The notes: generated from the sequence alone by a model not told the origin. A DNA stretch of 62,993 nt, filler included, from Pelomyxa schiedti (GCA_020536535.1; 15 parts of 15 records of this genome joined end to end with filler, not necessarily neighbours in it), one strand, 5' to 3'. Positions 11,828 to 25,655 are shown, counted from the first letter of the whole stretch. Made by a program: numbers and translations.

Positions 11828-12648
11828 ATGTCAACAGGCACACAGCTACAGGGGGGCGATACGCACACTGATGGTACCCAGCAGCCTAGTCACCAGATCC
11901 GCCTTATAACTTCATCTCACATATTTGATCGTCGTTGATTGGTGAGTGACGTTGACACGTGGTGGGGTACAACTTTAAAGATGTTTAACAACGACGTCGG
12001 GGGCAGGGACACGTTCCTACCACATGGGTACGTTGTAATAATGGGATGTTGGGAGTCCTGTCTTGGCTTGCTGTTGTTTATTGGTTTTGGTGTATCTACA
12101 TAGTCACTCGTGCATTCGTAGGCAAAAATTCCTTTTTCTTCATTGTGCTGTGATTGTAACAAAATTCATAGAGGGGGGATGGAGTTTATGGCACCGCCAG
12201 AGAGTGGGACCCACGGCCAGTCATTTGCCAGCGAACCCCCATTGCTGGAGGGTATATCCCTTTTTTTTTTTTCATTTTTTCCTCCCACTGTGCCCTTGCA
12301 CAGTGGAGCGCGCCACGCTCGAAAAAAGTAACAACATCAAATAACAACAACATTCATCCACCTATGCATAGAGCTGGAAATCAATTTCTCCCATATCTGG
12401 GCGAAGACCAAGGCTGTGCTCAACCCTTTCAGAGACATTGACCCAAATTTGATGGACGACACTGACTTGGCTGGTCCAATACTTTTTTGTTTCTTACTCG
12501 GTGTATTGTTACTCCTGGTATGTGATGCTTTTTCTCTTAGCCTAACATAATTAACTAAAGTCCTTTCTTCCCTCACTAGGTTGGAAAAGTGCATTTTGGG
12601 TATATATTCGGGCTTGGTGCAGTTGGATGCATGGGAATGTGGTCTGTG
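11828..12648 (+). CDS. YIP1: Yip1/YIPF5-family Golgi/ER membrane protein (3' partial, multi-exon)
   Basis: Spliced: [26 protein letters not shown]...DDTDLAGPILFCFLLG...GKVHFGYIFG. The start codon is approximate. Confidence 0.9.
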
Positions 12649-12748
12649 NNNNNNNNNNNNNNNNNNNNNNNNNNNNNNNNNNNNNNNNNNNNTTAATTAA
12701 TTAANNNNNNNNNNNNNNNNNNNNNNNNNNNNNNNNNNNNNNNNNNNN

Positions 12749-13480
12749 TAGGAATAGAGAATGTACCTTTTTTATTATTGCGGCCTGTGGCGTAATTGTC
12801 AAAGCAACGGCCTGTGGTGTCTCTGAAAAATGAGATATCTTGTACTTCACTTTCTCATGGCCGGTCTGAAATAGGATTAGTCCGAGGTTAGCATCAAAGG
12901 GAGCACGGAATTACATTGGTGATGGTGATTTCATCAATGAGGCCTCTTGTGAGAGGGCATTTGCAGCCAATTCCCACACCGAAGTCGAGGTAACGTTTGT
13001 CCAGGTGAATACTAGGAAGTGTTCCCTTGAATAGCTTCCGAACTAGAAAGGAATTTTGATTTAATGAAATGAAAGCGTATATCCAAATACCTTTTGTGTT
13101 TTGTGAAAGTAACTGCTGAGCTATTTCTGTCTGAACGTGCTCTATTGCACGCTCTACCTGCAGAACTGGTCGTTCAATGAACAGAGTTTTAAGTTGTTCC
13201 CTATCCGCAGCACTTGCTTCATCTCTGCATGCCCTATGCACAGCAAAGTGAGTGAAAGTATTGTTTACAATACTCCCAAACGTAACGAAACTAAAGGCAA
13301 AAAGCAAAAAGCAAAAAGCAAGAAGACAACCCATAATTGGCGTCAACCCATGTGTACACAACCACAAACACACCTTTCAAGCACGGCCAAATCGCCACCT
13401 ACGAATCCAGTGTAGTTCTCACCTGACGACGAATCCACTACGAACGACTCTGGGCCGCTGCCCCCTGACGACACCCCGCA
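12749..13480 (-). CDS. Partial multi-exon hypothetical protein with Ig/MSP-like segment
   Basis: LDFG...CPLTRGLIDEITITN...VKYKI...LTITPQAAIIK resembles the beta-sandwich preceding kinase domains in amoebozoan kinases (recollection, unverified). Confidence 0.35.
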
Positions 13481-13808
13481 CGTGCCCGTGCGCGGCTGTG
13501 GATGAATTATGGGTCAAAAAGACGGCCGTGCCCGATGAGAACACAACAAATGGGGAGGGATGAGTGAGATGCCGGACGTTGGGGACGACGTACACACAGG
13601 GTCCGGGAACGACATCAACAACTTGGAAAGCGCAGCATCCATCATCAACCCAATGCTTTTTTTTCTTTCTTCTTTTCCCTCGCTCAGAGAGGGAGTGTTC
13701 CTGGGGGACACTTCTCCCTGAAAAGGTACAGCAGCCAGGAACCCCTAATGGAAGAACACCCTCATTCCCCAATGGAAAAAGAACACACAACAAACATCTA
13801 TCACATAC

Positions 13809-14459
13809 TTGACGGGGCATACAATAGCACGAGCCATGGACGCCACAAGATGGCCGCATTCGCTACCGTCGGGTGCCGCCCCTCCGTGGTGCCCCTACTG
13901 CGGTCGCAACCACCCCCCGCCGCACAGCCGGCCCCCCGCGCCCCTGGGCGAACCCCCCGAGCCCGAGCCCCCGCCCCCGCCCACATCCTCCTCCCCCTCC
14001 TCCTCCTCCCCTTCGCCGCCGCCGCCGGCGGTGCGGCCCTCCCCCGCGCCTCGGGCGCCCACGCCGCCGCCCCCACCCGTTTTCCTTCGGATGTCTCCCC
14101 CAGTGCTTCTCTCGCCGTCGCTGTCGCCCCCTACGCCGAGCCGCTCCCCTGGGGGTGTCTCGGAGCTCCCGGCGCTGCCGCCTGAAGGGTCCTCGGAGTG
14201 GCTACGGCTAGTGCAGCAGCAGAAGGCGCTGTGGGGTCGGATTGAGCGGGGGCGCCAATTGGCCAATTGCAGTGTTGGTGTTGGTGGTGGTGTTGGTGTC
14301 AGCGGCAGTGGTCAATTGCAGCCGCAGACAGAATCACAGTCACAGCCGTTGTCGCAATTGGAATCGCAGTTGCAACCACCCGAATCTCGAATGCAATTGC
14401 AAGCGGAATCGCATGGACGCCGACAAACCCAACGTGATATGCAACAGAAACAACTTGAA
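13809..14459 (+). CDS. N-terminus of a Pro/Gln-rich hypothetical protein
   Basis: GC-rich ORF open to the contig edge. Confidence 0.45.
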
Positions 14460-14559
14460 NNNNNNNNNNNNNNNNNNNNNNNNNNNNNNNNNNNNNNNNN
14501 NNNTTAATTAATTAANNNNNNNNNNNNNNNNNNNNNNNNNNNNNNNNNNNNNNNNNNNN

Positions 14560-15598
14560 ATGACCACGAGTCACTTCATCAGCACATTCCAACGTGCCTC
14601 TCACTGGCTTTCTCTGGTGCAATCTCGTTCTCAACAGAGGAAATGAGAGCTCATTGCATGCGTGTGTTGTCGAATTACAGCCACAACAACATGGAAGTTG
14701 TTTCGGAATGGACCGACCTTGTGTCAACAGCATCATTGAGAGGCATCATTGATCATTATCAACACCAATCGTTGTTACCCACCACAGTAAGTTCCGAAAA
14801 GTTGTGGTCCTGCATGTACTTTTTTGCCCTGTGGAGGTTGTACTGCTGTTCAGACAATCACCAAGGTTCAGCAGCAGCACACATTTTTGTTGAAATGACC
14901 TCTTCAACAGCACTGGTGGAGCTGGATGGGTCATGTGATGATGAAGACAGAGACAACAATCCCATCACTTCTTCTGTGGGTAAGATTCACTGGTGTGCTT
15001 CCTCTGTCAATTCTCTTGGCAACTGCTATTTTTTTGGTGTTGGTGGTGTTAAAAAGGACATTCACAAGGCAGTGACACTTTATCAGAGGGCAGCTGATGC
15101 AGGGCACGCCACCGCAATGTTCAACCTTGCCTGCTGTATTTACGGTGGCAATGGTGTTGACAAGGACATTAACAAGTCAGTGAGGCTGTGGCAGACGGCT
15201 GTTGATGCTGGGCATTGTGCCTCAATGAACAGCCTTGCTTGCTGCTATCTAAATGGCATTGGTGTTGACCAGGATCACACCAAGGCAGTGGCATTGTATC
15301 AGAGGGCTGCTGATGCTGGTAATATAAACGCATTACGCTTCCTTGGTGTGTTATGACCACAGCAATGGTGTTGCGCGGGATCCTATCAAGGCAGTGGAAC
15401 TGTACCAGAGGGCTGCTGATGCTGGTGATTCTGCCTCGATGGCCACCCTTGGTTCGTGTTATAAAAATGGCAGTGGTGTTCAGAAGGACATCAACAAAGC
15501 AGTGACACTGTTCCAGAGGGCTTCTGATGCTGGTTGTGCCCGGGCAATGTGCAACCTCGGTGTGTGTTACTACACTGGTGATGGTGTTGAGAAGGACA
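14560..15598 (+). pseudogene. Sel1-like repeat protein (partial), frameshift at ~15346
   Basis: Repeats of AMxNLGxCYxxGxGVxKDxxKAVxLYQRAADAG. GGTGTGTTAT lacks a GT compared with GGTGTGTGTTAC in a later repeat. Confidence 0.85.
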
Positions 15599-15880
15599 NN
15601 NNNNNNNNNNNNNNNNNNNNNNNNNNNNNNNNNNNNNNNNNNTTAATTAATTAANNNNNNNNNNNNNNNNNNNNNNNNNNNNNNNNNNNNNNNNNNNNAT
15701 AGCCCAGTTCATCCAGGCCAAGTCCGTGACGCAATTCACCCAACAGCCTGTGATTGATAAGAAGCCCAGCAAGTACTAAACTTGCCAATTCACAATTTGC
15801 TTGTAACTCCAGAAAACAAAAAGAAGTCCAGTTATTTTCCACAAGGAGTTCGTCCTCTCTTCTACACTCGAATTAATTTC

Positions 15881-18800
15881 TTAGTCCTCCTTCGGTGTTG
15901 TGAGTGGTGGGGGCGTGACGGAGGTGTGGGTTGCAGTACTGTGCACCATGGTGCTAAATATCGATGGCCGTGCGAGGAGATTGGTGGGCGTGTCATATTC
16001 TGCAACGCGGCCGTGCTCCAGAACGAGAATTCTGTCATAGTCGATGATGGTGCTGAATATGGTTAGGTATAGTTGGACGGGAACCGCGTACTTCACACGA
16101 TGTGCTATGGTTATCACCGTAGTGGCAGGGAACTCATGGCGAATTGCTTCTTGTATGAGAGAATCTAATTCCAAATCCACGGCTGCGGTTGCCTAATCGG
16201 GATAAATTTTTTCCTCCCAGCCAGAAAAGCCTAAGGAATAATACCTCATCAAGAACGAGAATTTTGGACCTAGCGAGAATTGCTCGAGCAAGACAAATCA
16301 GCTTTGAATACGTAAGTGTGAAGAACCATTGGTCAGAGAAATAAACAAACCTGCCGCTGTCCCATACTGAAATTTGTACCATGCTCTTCAACACATGCAC
16401 TAAGATCCTAGTTTTGCCCTCAATAATCAAGAAGTTACGATTGGGTAAACCTTCACAAAATTGTCAAATCTGACAGACCGCAAGGCCGCCCATAAAACTT
16501 CATCGGTATACTCATGCCACGGGTCCAGACAATCTCTGAGAGTGCCACTAAATAACTGGGGGTCCTGAGTGTGATTAATCCCTACCTGGCTATCCACTGA
16601 GATTACATACTTGTGGGATAATTGACATACGTGATCTCAGGGTTGTGACGGGGATATTAATAATATCTGTATGAGAAATACAGATGGACCCCTCTGCAAT
16701 GAATACATGAGTGTAAAGAGGTAAGAATAGACAAAAAACCAAGAGGCTCAATAATTCGAAAGAGGGCAAGTATCAAGGAAGACTTGCCCGCACCAGTCCT
16801 TCCACAAATCTACAGCCAGAGAAATGAGGAAAACAAAAACACAGTGTGGTTTACCCCAATTTTCTCTTTAAAAAGAGGTTAAATACACAGAAGGATATCA
16901 AAAAGTATCAACATTTACTATCGTACCTCCATGTTTTATATCAATGGAAACATTAGACAACACCAAGTCCAAATTATCACGGTAGCGGACACTGAGATTG
17001 TGAAAGTTCACTGAACCCTGTGTTATGTCATTAGAGACAAATAGTTCTCCTAACGTACATCTCCTGGCCAAGTATCTATCAAATCCGGAACTATTTCGTG
17101 GTGGGGCCATGTGATTTCAGTGGTACCTCTACTAGATGGGATGCATGCACCGGGCTCTGGTGTTAGTCCAATGTACTCCAGTATTCTTTCTGCAGAAACA
17201 AAAAGTACTATACAAATTGAATCGGGATGCATTATTGAGGTAATTAACCTTCTACTTCACTAGAAACCCGAATCAACCAGGTAAGCATTGCAGTTGTATT
17301 TAAGCTATATGTAATCTAACAATAGTTGGATGTTAGGTTTACTGAAGAGCGAGATTCTACACTCAAGGCAGCAAGTGTTGGGAGAGAATTTTGCTGGACA
17401 AGTGCAAGCCCAACAGTAACAATCATTAAGAAGGAGCTGATGAACTCCAATCTCACTCCAAGCCATCTGCAGAAATTAACAACAGTGTATTCAGCCACAC
17501 AAGTGACCTGTTGGCAGCGTTTGAAAGAAAAGATGCTTTCATGTTTTTTTCAACTTTCTGGAGATTTATCTGCACCGACAATGTGATTACGGCTACAATG
17601 TACTATGAGGGAGTCAAACTTCATTGAAACGTTGTATGTTATCAATTCCAAAGCTCTTAATTGTAACTATGCCATTGACAGTTTCCTCCAGGAAGTTGAA
17701 AATTGGTGATTTACTCACAGCGTCCAGGCGATTTAAGTCTCGTGATGCAGAAATAAATTGTTGTCTGATAAAGATATAGAGTGCAAATATCGGTGCAAGA
17801 GATACCAAAAAGTAAGGTGTGCCAATTGATATCTGGGATTTTTAAGCTAAGATGCAAGAGACACTAGACTTACCACTACAATAATGCCACATAACCCAAA
17901 TACCATTGTTAAAAGCATTCCAAGTGTTCTTGGTAACACAGTGTCAGCCTAATGGAGGTCATTACTTTTTATGAGGGTGGCATAGGTTACATTATTGATG
18001 TCCCGCGTGAATCTGTTCATGAGTCTGCCCACTGGTGTCTTGTAGAAGAAGCTCATTGGAGACACTAGCACAGAGTGCAACATTCTCCCGTGAAGTTTGA
18101 TTGCCACTCTAAGGCCGGCAATTCCAATACCCAAATCGTGTGCAAACTTCGAGAGGAGGCAAATCATTCCGAGTAGCTGAATAACACATGAAAAAGCCAA
18201 GTCTACTTGATATTTAGGTTACTCCATAGATTCCTGGATAAAAGAGAGAATTTCGGTCTCCCAATTTCATTGCGGACCAAACGCCCAGCCAGATGTCAGT
18301 AGCCTAAATCACTGTAAGGAATTTACGTGTAACAGGATTCAAACTGATCGCAAGATGGCATCTGACATAAAGAGGATGACAATGACAATTGAAATGAAAA
18401 CACTTCCTGCTGCAAGGAGATATGCTTTGTAGATGCGCCAACTTATAGCTCCAGTTCCCAAAGCTTCTGGTGTAATGATATCCCCACCTTTACCCCCACC
18501 TCTTCCTGTCTTCACGGAGGTCTGGGGTGTTGGCTTCAGATTTGGGGTGACACATGCCGAGAAATCAAGGCCAGCTTCGAGAAGTTGGGCATAGCTTAAA
18601 CAGTCAGTGTAATTTCAATTGGAAGAGTGGCACACCTTCCACATATGCGAATGTGACCATCCTGGAGCACAAAAATATTATCTACCTCAGTGAGATACTG
18701 AACTTGATGTGTGACAAGTAGAACGGTCTTTTCCCTTAGTAGACCTTTTATGCATTCATGAAAGAGAATTGACGCCACATGAACATCAACACTAGATAAA

Positions 18801-21682
18801 GGATCGTCTAACAGATAGATGTCTTGAACATACGTCAGTGCAGGCAGTGAAATGTAAAATAACTAACCACAGTCGTGGTACACAGCTCGGGCAAGTGCCA
18901 CCCTTTGCTTCTGTCCCCCACTGAGGTTAATCCCTTGGTATGTGAACCCAGTTGAAAAAACAACATTTTACCTCTCTCGCCAATCTCAGTCATTTCACCA
19001 TTTGGCATAGATTCCAAATCCATGTTCAATGCACATGCACTTAGAACTGCGTTATAGCGAGATTCATCATATTCCTTCCCAAAGAGAATATTGTCCTTTA
19101 CGGTGGCATTCTGAATCCACGCACTCTGTGAAACATAGCCAATTGATCCGCATACACTAACTTCACCACTCAGTCTTGGCATTGCACTCAAGATTGCGGA
19201 TATAAGTGATGACTTTCCAGATGCCACGGGCCCAATTACAGCCACAAGTTGCCCTGAGTTGACCTTCAGGTTTATATCTGAGAGAGTGGGGTGTTCTTCT
19301 GTCCATGCAAATGTCGCATTGCTAATTTCAATGGAACAGCCGTCACAGCTATCTCTTGTCCTACTAACTTGTAAGTGTAAACCAGGAACAACCGGGGAAT
19401 GTACTTGGGAGCAGCTTCTGTCTCAGACTCTGCAGCAGATAGGAACCCAGATACCCTCCGCAGTGACACATGCGCCTCGACTAAACTGAAGTGGATAAAG
19501 TTAGATTGCTGACTAACAGATACAGCCACCACACCCGGTTATTGCAGTTGGAAAGACGTTAAGGGGCATTCGTAGAATATTGACGAGAGAAATAACAGGA
19601 AAAGCTATTTCAGGGGTCAACACACCACCCATAAAAGTAAAGCAAAAAAAAATAGCTATCGCAACAAGAACAGGTGTGGACCCAAATATCTGAAAAATAG
19701 CAGTTACAGCAATGGCCAAAAAGAAATTTACACACAAAACTCGCAATAGCCTGTAAGACGAGGTTTTTTCGGACTATGTTGAGTTCTTGTTGTCTCACAT
19801 TCTGAACTTTTTCCTCAATGTGACTTTCCCAAGCAAACAACTTCAGTGTCTGTATTCCACGGAAAGCTTCACTGAGGATTTTGGAACGTTGGTCCTTGAA
19901 AGTCATAGTGTCTTTTTGAATTTTGTTCAATCTCGAGATCAGTACAGCATGCACAGGTACACTAATCACCATAATAGCAATCCCGCACAAAGAAGGTGCC
20001 CACCCAATGAACTTGACCATGAGTGTGATCCCCAAAACAATAATGACTGGTGTTGACCATAAAGTATGTGCCACAGTACAGAGCTGTTGAACTTTTTCTG
20101 CATCTATGGCTTGAAGATTCACAACTTGTCCAGGGGAAAATAAGGCAAAATTCTTGATAGTAAAGCACTTTCGGTATACAGTACCTTTGTTGCTGATTAT
20201 TCCTTCACTTTACTGGAGAAGGATATACCAACGAGAATACTACGTACACGCATTCCTGTTCTCAACCCCACAAAAAGATGCCATTGCTTTCAATGTGAAA
20301 AGTAGTAAAATTGGAGGCATCATACTTGCAAAAACGCAGATAATAAATTAGTGGCCACCAACCCGGCAGCATACATGAGACCAACAATGAAAGGTTCTTC
20401 TCCAACTTCAAGAAACAGGACCAACTTTTGTAGGAGGATTGGCCCACACAAAAGAAGTCCATCACCAGCTAGACGAAACACTGCAGTCAAGAAGATATTT
20501 TTCTTTTCAGTGAGAATAAGGGCTTTTGCAAGTTGCAATTCAGTCGGACGGGCAGACAAATGGAGATCAAACTTATGGCACAGTTTCGGGCATTTATCAC
20601 TCTCACTCAATGGATATAGATCATTTTCAGAGAGGGGGTGTTTCTGAGCTTCCAATAGAATTGCCCTAACCCAAGAGAAAAAGAGTCTACTTAAAAGAGA
20701 GGCCTTTTCTTCAGAAACTGTTGGCTCAGTAGACTCCCCAAGTTCAACATCCTCCTTAGATATTAGGGAAGTCTGCATTGAATCGCTGGCAGTGGGCGAA
20801 ATTGAGGTAGAGAGAACTGTGGTAGTCTCTTGGGTGGTTGTGCGAATCTCTGTCAATGGGATTGGTTCATCTGAGGTAGAGGGTTGCTGCTCCACACTGC
20901 TGGAAGCTAACTGTGGTACTCCAACATAAAGAATTGATGAGACAACTAGTATCGTGCAGCAGGCTAAAGATGGTATCAAGCACAACCACATTGCAGGTGT
21001 CTTTATGCCCCACAGTGTGAGCCAAATTTGACCCTTCAAGAAGAGTAATATGTAACTCATAACCCACCAGCATTGACACATTCGAGACACAGCTCTGCAT
21101 GCCCATCTGTGCTCAGCGTGAAAAACGAAGGCTGATATGCAGAAGCCTATTCCAAGTGCGGAATCAAAAGACAGCTGCCGAGGAATATTACATTAAAATT
21201 ATGAAGACAAAGGTACATCTGTCTACATGATACACTGTATCTAGCGAGTAAGGTTTTTTCCACAGGAGTGCTCCAGTGAGTTCACCAATATGAACGATCG
21301 ATGTGACAGCAGAGCAAAGCACGCTCAGCCAATATTGCCAGGAAAGACGAGAAAGGTGGATGGACTTACTGCGAAGAAGAAATCAGTGTCGCACACCTGC
21401 CGAGTCGAGTACACACCCATTTCGAGCAGAAAACACAGCCGCAGGGATGTACCGGCAAAACAGCAATGCCAGGAGTCCAAAAACACATACAGTCGCCAAA
21501 ACAGGCGCCAACACTCCCTCCACAACGCAGTCATACAACAACTCTCCCTTTCCTTCCACAACACATCGGCCGGCGCAGTACGACCCAACAAACCACCCTT
21601 CGTCTCCCACACACGAGATCTCACTGCCATTGCTGCTGGCACTGCCAGCCGGAAAGTGCGACGAAGCCACCCAGAGGCTCAT
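15881..21682 (-). CDS. ABCC/MRP-type full ABC transporter with N-terminal TMD0-like region, >20 introns
   Basis: NBD1 [33 protein letters not shown]; NBD2 [37 protein letters not shown]; TMD motifs [13 protein letters not shown] and RWLGVRLE. Confidence 0.95.
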
Positions 21683-21859
21683 TATCGGCCCGGGGGTTTG
21701 ATTTTTGTTTTGCTTTGATTATTGTTTCAAAAAACTCTGGGTTGCAAAAGCTGCACGCACATCCCCGGATTCCCAGACGAGAAACGAGAGTTTCCGAAAT
21801 CCACGCTCTTCTGCTTTGTTTTTTCTTTTTTTTCTCTTTTTTGTGGCAGGTACATAGGT

Positions 21860-23080
21860 TTACAAACGGTGCGTGATCCACGTCACTATGTCGGCCACTT
21901 CAACTTGCCAAACGTAGTCGTTGTGGAGCTCGTGGCATCCGCCTTGGTAGACGATGAGTGTCTTGTCTGTGCTCTTGGACTTGTTGTATAGGTTGCGGGA
22001 CCCTTCCGGTGGGCAAATCGCGTCCGCGTCGCCGTAGACAATAAGCAACGGCACTTGGATTTGGTCTGCGGTATCCCACACCTATTAAAGGGAGTGGGGA
22101 GTTGTGAGGGGGTGCGGTCTAGATAGGGATGGGATAGGATAGGTTACGTTTTGTCCTAGTTCCATTAGCTGCATTCCCATAATTGCCATGACTGATTGTG
22201 GAATAAGGGGATCACTGACATACTCGTCTTGCACAGAGGTATAGTGTGACAAAGCGGTTTTATCCAGTGGTGTAACTTGAAGGGAGGGATAAATAGTACT
22301 AGCAATGTGGCCCTTAAGAAGTGTGAAAAAGATAATTCAAGAAGCCAGATTGTGAATACCATGATATATGTTAACCAACCAATGTTAGCGGGCTTCGCTA
22401 ACGGGGAGGAGAATATAGCGCCTCTGAGTAATCCAGGCTCTAGCTTGCGTACGACTGCCGAGGCAATTGCCCCACCCATAGAATGCCCATACAAAAACAA
22501 AGGAACGGGTGGAGTACTTGCAGATATTTGTTGTGCAACACGATGAACTCTCCTACAGGTTTGGTAAGTGGTGTGGCAGCAAAACATGCTGCAACCTCAC
22601 TGCTACATCAACAAATTCAGTATTGATATTGGTACAATAACCCTTGGTCCCTTCAGATTTGCCGTGACCCAAAAAGTCTCCACTATAAACGGCAATTCCT
22701 GCTTGCAGCATATAGTCTATGACGTGCAAGAATCTTCGCTTAAAGAACAGAGCCCATTACAATTTATAATAAGTACAATTAAAAGATCTACAAAGGAACC
22801 TATTACTATTCAATATACTTCCAACATTCTAAGTGGCGAACCTGTGGCAATATTCATGTAATCCATGTAGTAAAACTACAGCAGCCCTAACAGGAGTCGT
22901 CTTAGGCACCCACGAACAAGTATAGGTCGTCTTTCCAGGCAACAAAACACCATCATCCTGGCCCTCCACAAAATCGTGCGGTGTTACGATCACGTGCCTG
23001 GGGCCCTTTGGTGGATCTGGGATCTCTGCCGGCTGTGTCCTCGTCACCATCCCTGTCTCCGGTGGTGTGGCCGCCGCCAT
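21860..23080 (-). CDS. Alpha/beta hydrolase, monoglyceride lipase/lysophospholipase type
   Basis: LLHGLHEY, GHGKSEG, nucleophile GHSMGG, GDADAIC and HELHND. Confidence 0.92.
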
Positions 23081-23229
23081 TTCTCTCGCTGTGTTGTGTG
23101 GGTTTCTTTTTTCTTTTTGTTTGTTGTTGGATTCTTCGGCACGGATGTCGTTGAAAACGTAAGGGGAACAAAAAAAATAACGAAAACAACGGAAATCACA
23201 ACCACAATAAATAAAACTAACAATTAACG

Positions 23230-24371
23230 ATGGCGGAGCCGTTCAAAGTCATTTTAATAGGAGGTGTTACGATGTTGTGTTTGATGTGCGGCGTAGTGGG
23301 GAGATCTGGCCCCTTATTAACGTTAATAAAACAGACACTGGTGCTGGCAAAACTGCATTGATGCACCGACTTAAGGTACGATGATTTTGAACTTACCATA
23401 TTGTGGTTGTTAACACGATTTTCAGTACGATATGTTCTTCGAAACGGAAAAACCTGATAGGACCGAACAATACGTTTGTTCTAGTTTATCCTCCAATACG
23501 CCCTAACCCCACAAAAGTGCGAGAAGGAATTCGATGGAGACACCATTCAATTGGTATAGACTTTTTTGTTTGTTTGTTCTGTTTCTTCTCCTGCTTAGTG
23601 CACTGTAGTGGGATACTGCTGACCAAGAAAAATGGACCACTGTTAATAGTTCATACTACCGCGGTGCACAAGGAGTCTTGTTGGTCTTCGATACCACCAC
23701 ACCAGATACTTTTGGTTCTATCAAGGGTTACCATGCCGAAGTTCAAAAGTGCATTTCTACACTGCCACGTTTTCATAAACAAGAAACCTTTTTTTTTTTT
23801 TTTTTGTTAGGTATGCAAATGGAGAAGGTCTTGCCATCATACTTGTGGGCACCAAGACTGACCTCCCAGCGGAGATAAATGATGCACAGATCAAGGTACT
23901 TGCTTTTCACCTCTCTCAAGTAAAAATTACCTTGCACCAGGAAGCATGTGATAGATTTGGTTTCAAATCCCAGTATTTCCTTTTTTTCTTTAGTGCTTGA
24001 AATCTATGATATAATATATTAATTCAAGCAGTTAATTTTACTTTATCCTCTCCTCTCATTCACAAATAAATCCGCAGCCTCACGAGTGCCAAAACCGGGG
24101 ATGGAATAGATACCCTGTGGAAAACCGTTATTGCCGAAATCAAAGAACAGTGAGAACACCTCCACCTCCCTTCCTTTTTCATTTGTTTTTCACCCCAAGT
24201 GACTGTGCACTCACACTCCCTCCCACAATTTCTACCAACAGACGCCGACCACCAGAAGAAAAAGCAGCGCCAGTCTACCACATAACAAAAGAAGAGCCCG
24301 CAGCCGCAGAGCCAGCGAAGAAGACGGGGAAAAAAAAGGAAAAGGGGAAGGGAGGCTGCCTCCTACTGTGA
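23230..24371 (+). CDS. Divergent Rab-like small GTPase with CaaX end (multi-exon)
   Basis: Spliced: GDTGAGKT, WDTADQE, SYYRGAQGVLLVFD, VGTKTD, TSAKTG, polybasic tail ending GGCLLL*. Confidence 0.9.
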
Positions 24372-24509
24372 AAACCAAAAAAAAAAATCGACTGTTATCA
24401 CGAAGATCTCGTCTTGTCACTAAACAAAAAAGGAGCCCGGGTGTGTTCGGATCTTGACCGATCGTCGTGTGAGTTGTTCAGTGGTAGTGCACAACAGAAA
24501 GGAATAAGA

Positions 24510-25597
24510 ATGGTGGTTGTTGATGCGTGGGTTGTGTCGTGCATAGTGTCGTCGTTGGGGACGTTCGGGTTGATTTACGCGTCGATAAAGTACCGCAAGT
24601 GGTTCGGCTCCGTAATGAAGACGGCATTGGGTTTACCTAAAGTAAGTATGTTTTTGTTTGTTTGGTTGCTCGTTTTTCTCCTTTTGTTTTTTGTTGTTTT
24701 TTTTTATGTGTTCCTTGGTGCTAAGTCCCCACTCTTCATTTTCAGAATAAGATCAAGGGGTTGTTGTTTGAATTGCAGAGGAAGGGATTTCACACGAGTG
24801 GCTTGCTAGTGCCTTTGTTGTATTACTTCCTAATGAATGTGTGGCTGTGGGGTTCACCTGTCATGACGAAGCCAAGAGCTATTGCTCTGTGCTCTACTGT
24901 GGGTTTAGCTGGCATAACTTTTGAACTCACTTCGAAGTTTATTCCTGCTGCCAGACAGTTGATGCTGAAATATGCTTCTAACATCATGAGGAAAGATGAA
25001 CTCAAAAACAAGTTCGGTTCCCGGTTTTGTTTTCATCCTCTTACTTGAAAAAGGGTTATCCTCACTGGTGGATCAATGTATGCGTTTGGGTCTGTAACTT
25101 CAATCATAATTTATACTCCCTCAGTTGCCATTCTCTCCCTGGTGTGCAGAAGCTTCCTNNNNNNNNNNNNNNNNNNNNNNNNNNNNNNNNNNNNNNNNNN
25201 NNNNNNNNNNNNNNNNNNNNNNNNNNNNNNNNNNNNNNNNNNNNNNNNNNNNNNNNNNCTCCATTCTTTTTTGTGTTCATTGAGTGGCAGGTTTTTCCTT
25301 TTTCTCCACTTGAGAATTCCTCTTTTGCCTTGCTTCATATTGGCCATCTCTGGAGCTTTGGCCGCCTCTTTCGCGGAGTTATTTGCGATCTTTGACGACA
25401 ACCTGGTATTTTAAAATATATCTTTAAGTGCATAATTCTCAAATTACCTAGTCCATGCCTATTATCTCCGGGTATGTTTGCCACTCAATATTCGTTCCTT
25501 CACCTGGTAACCCAACCAAAGATTTATACTTTCGTGCACAGCCTATGCCTTGGACATAAGAATTCCCCTGCCAAATGAAACCTATATTGTACCATAA
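24510..25597 (+). CDS. CTP-dependent lipid kinase, DGK1/dolichol/phytol kinase family (contains a gap)
   Basis: ELQRKGFH, IMRKDE...LTGG and DDNLVMP motifs; multiple hydrophobic segments. Confidence 0.8.
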
Positions 25598-25655
25598 CGT
25601 TTGTTTTTTTTTAACAAAAGAAACAAAAACCCCAAACAAAACTGAGGTTTTAACT

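Noticed and set aside
15881-21682. Non-canonical intron system in the ABCC gene
   Set aside because: All introns I reconstructed manually (about ten) are GT-AG.
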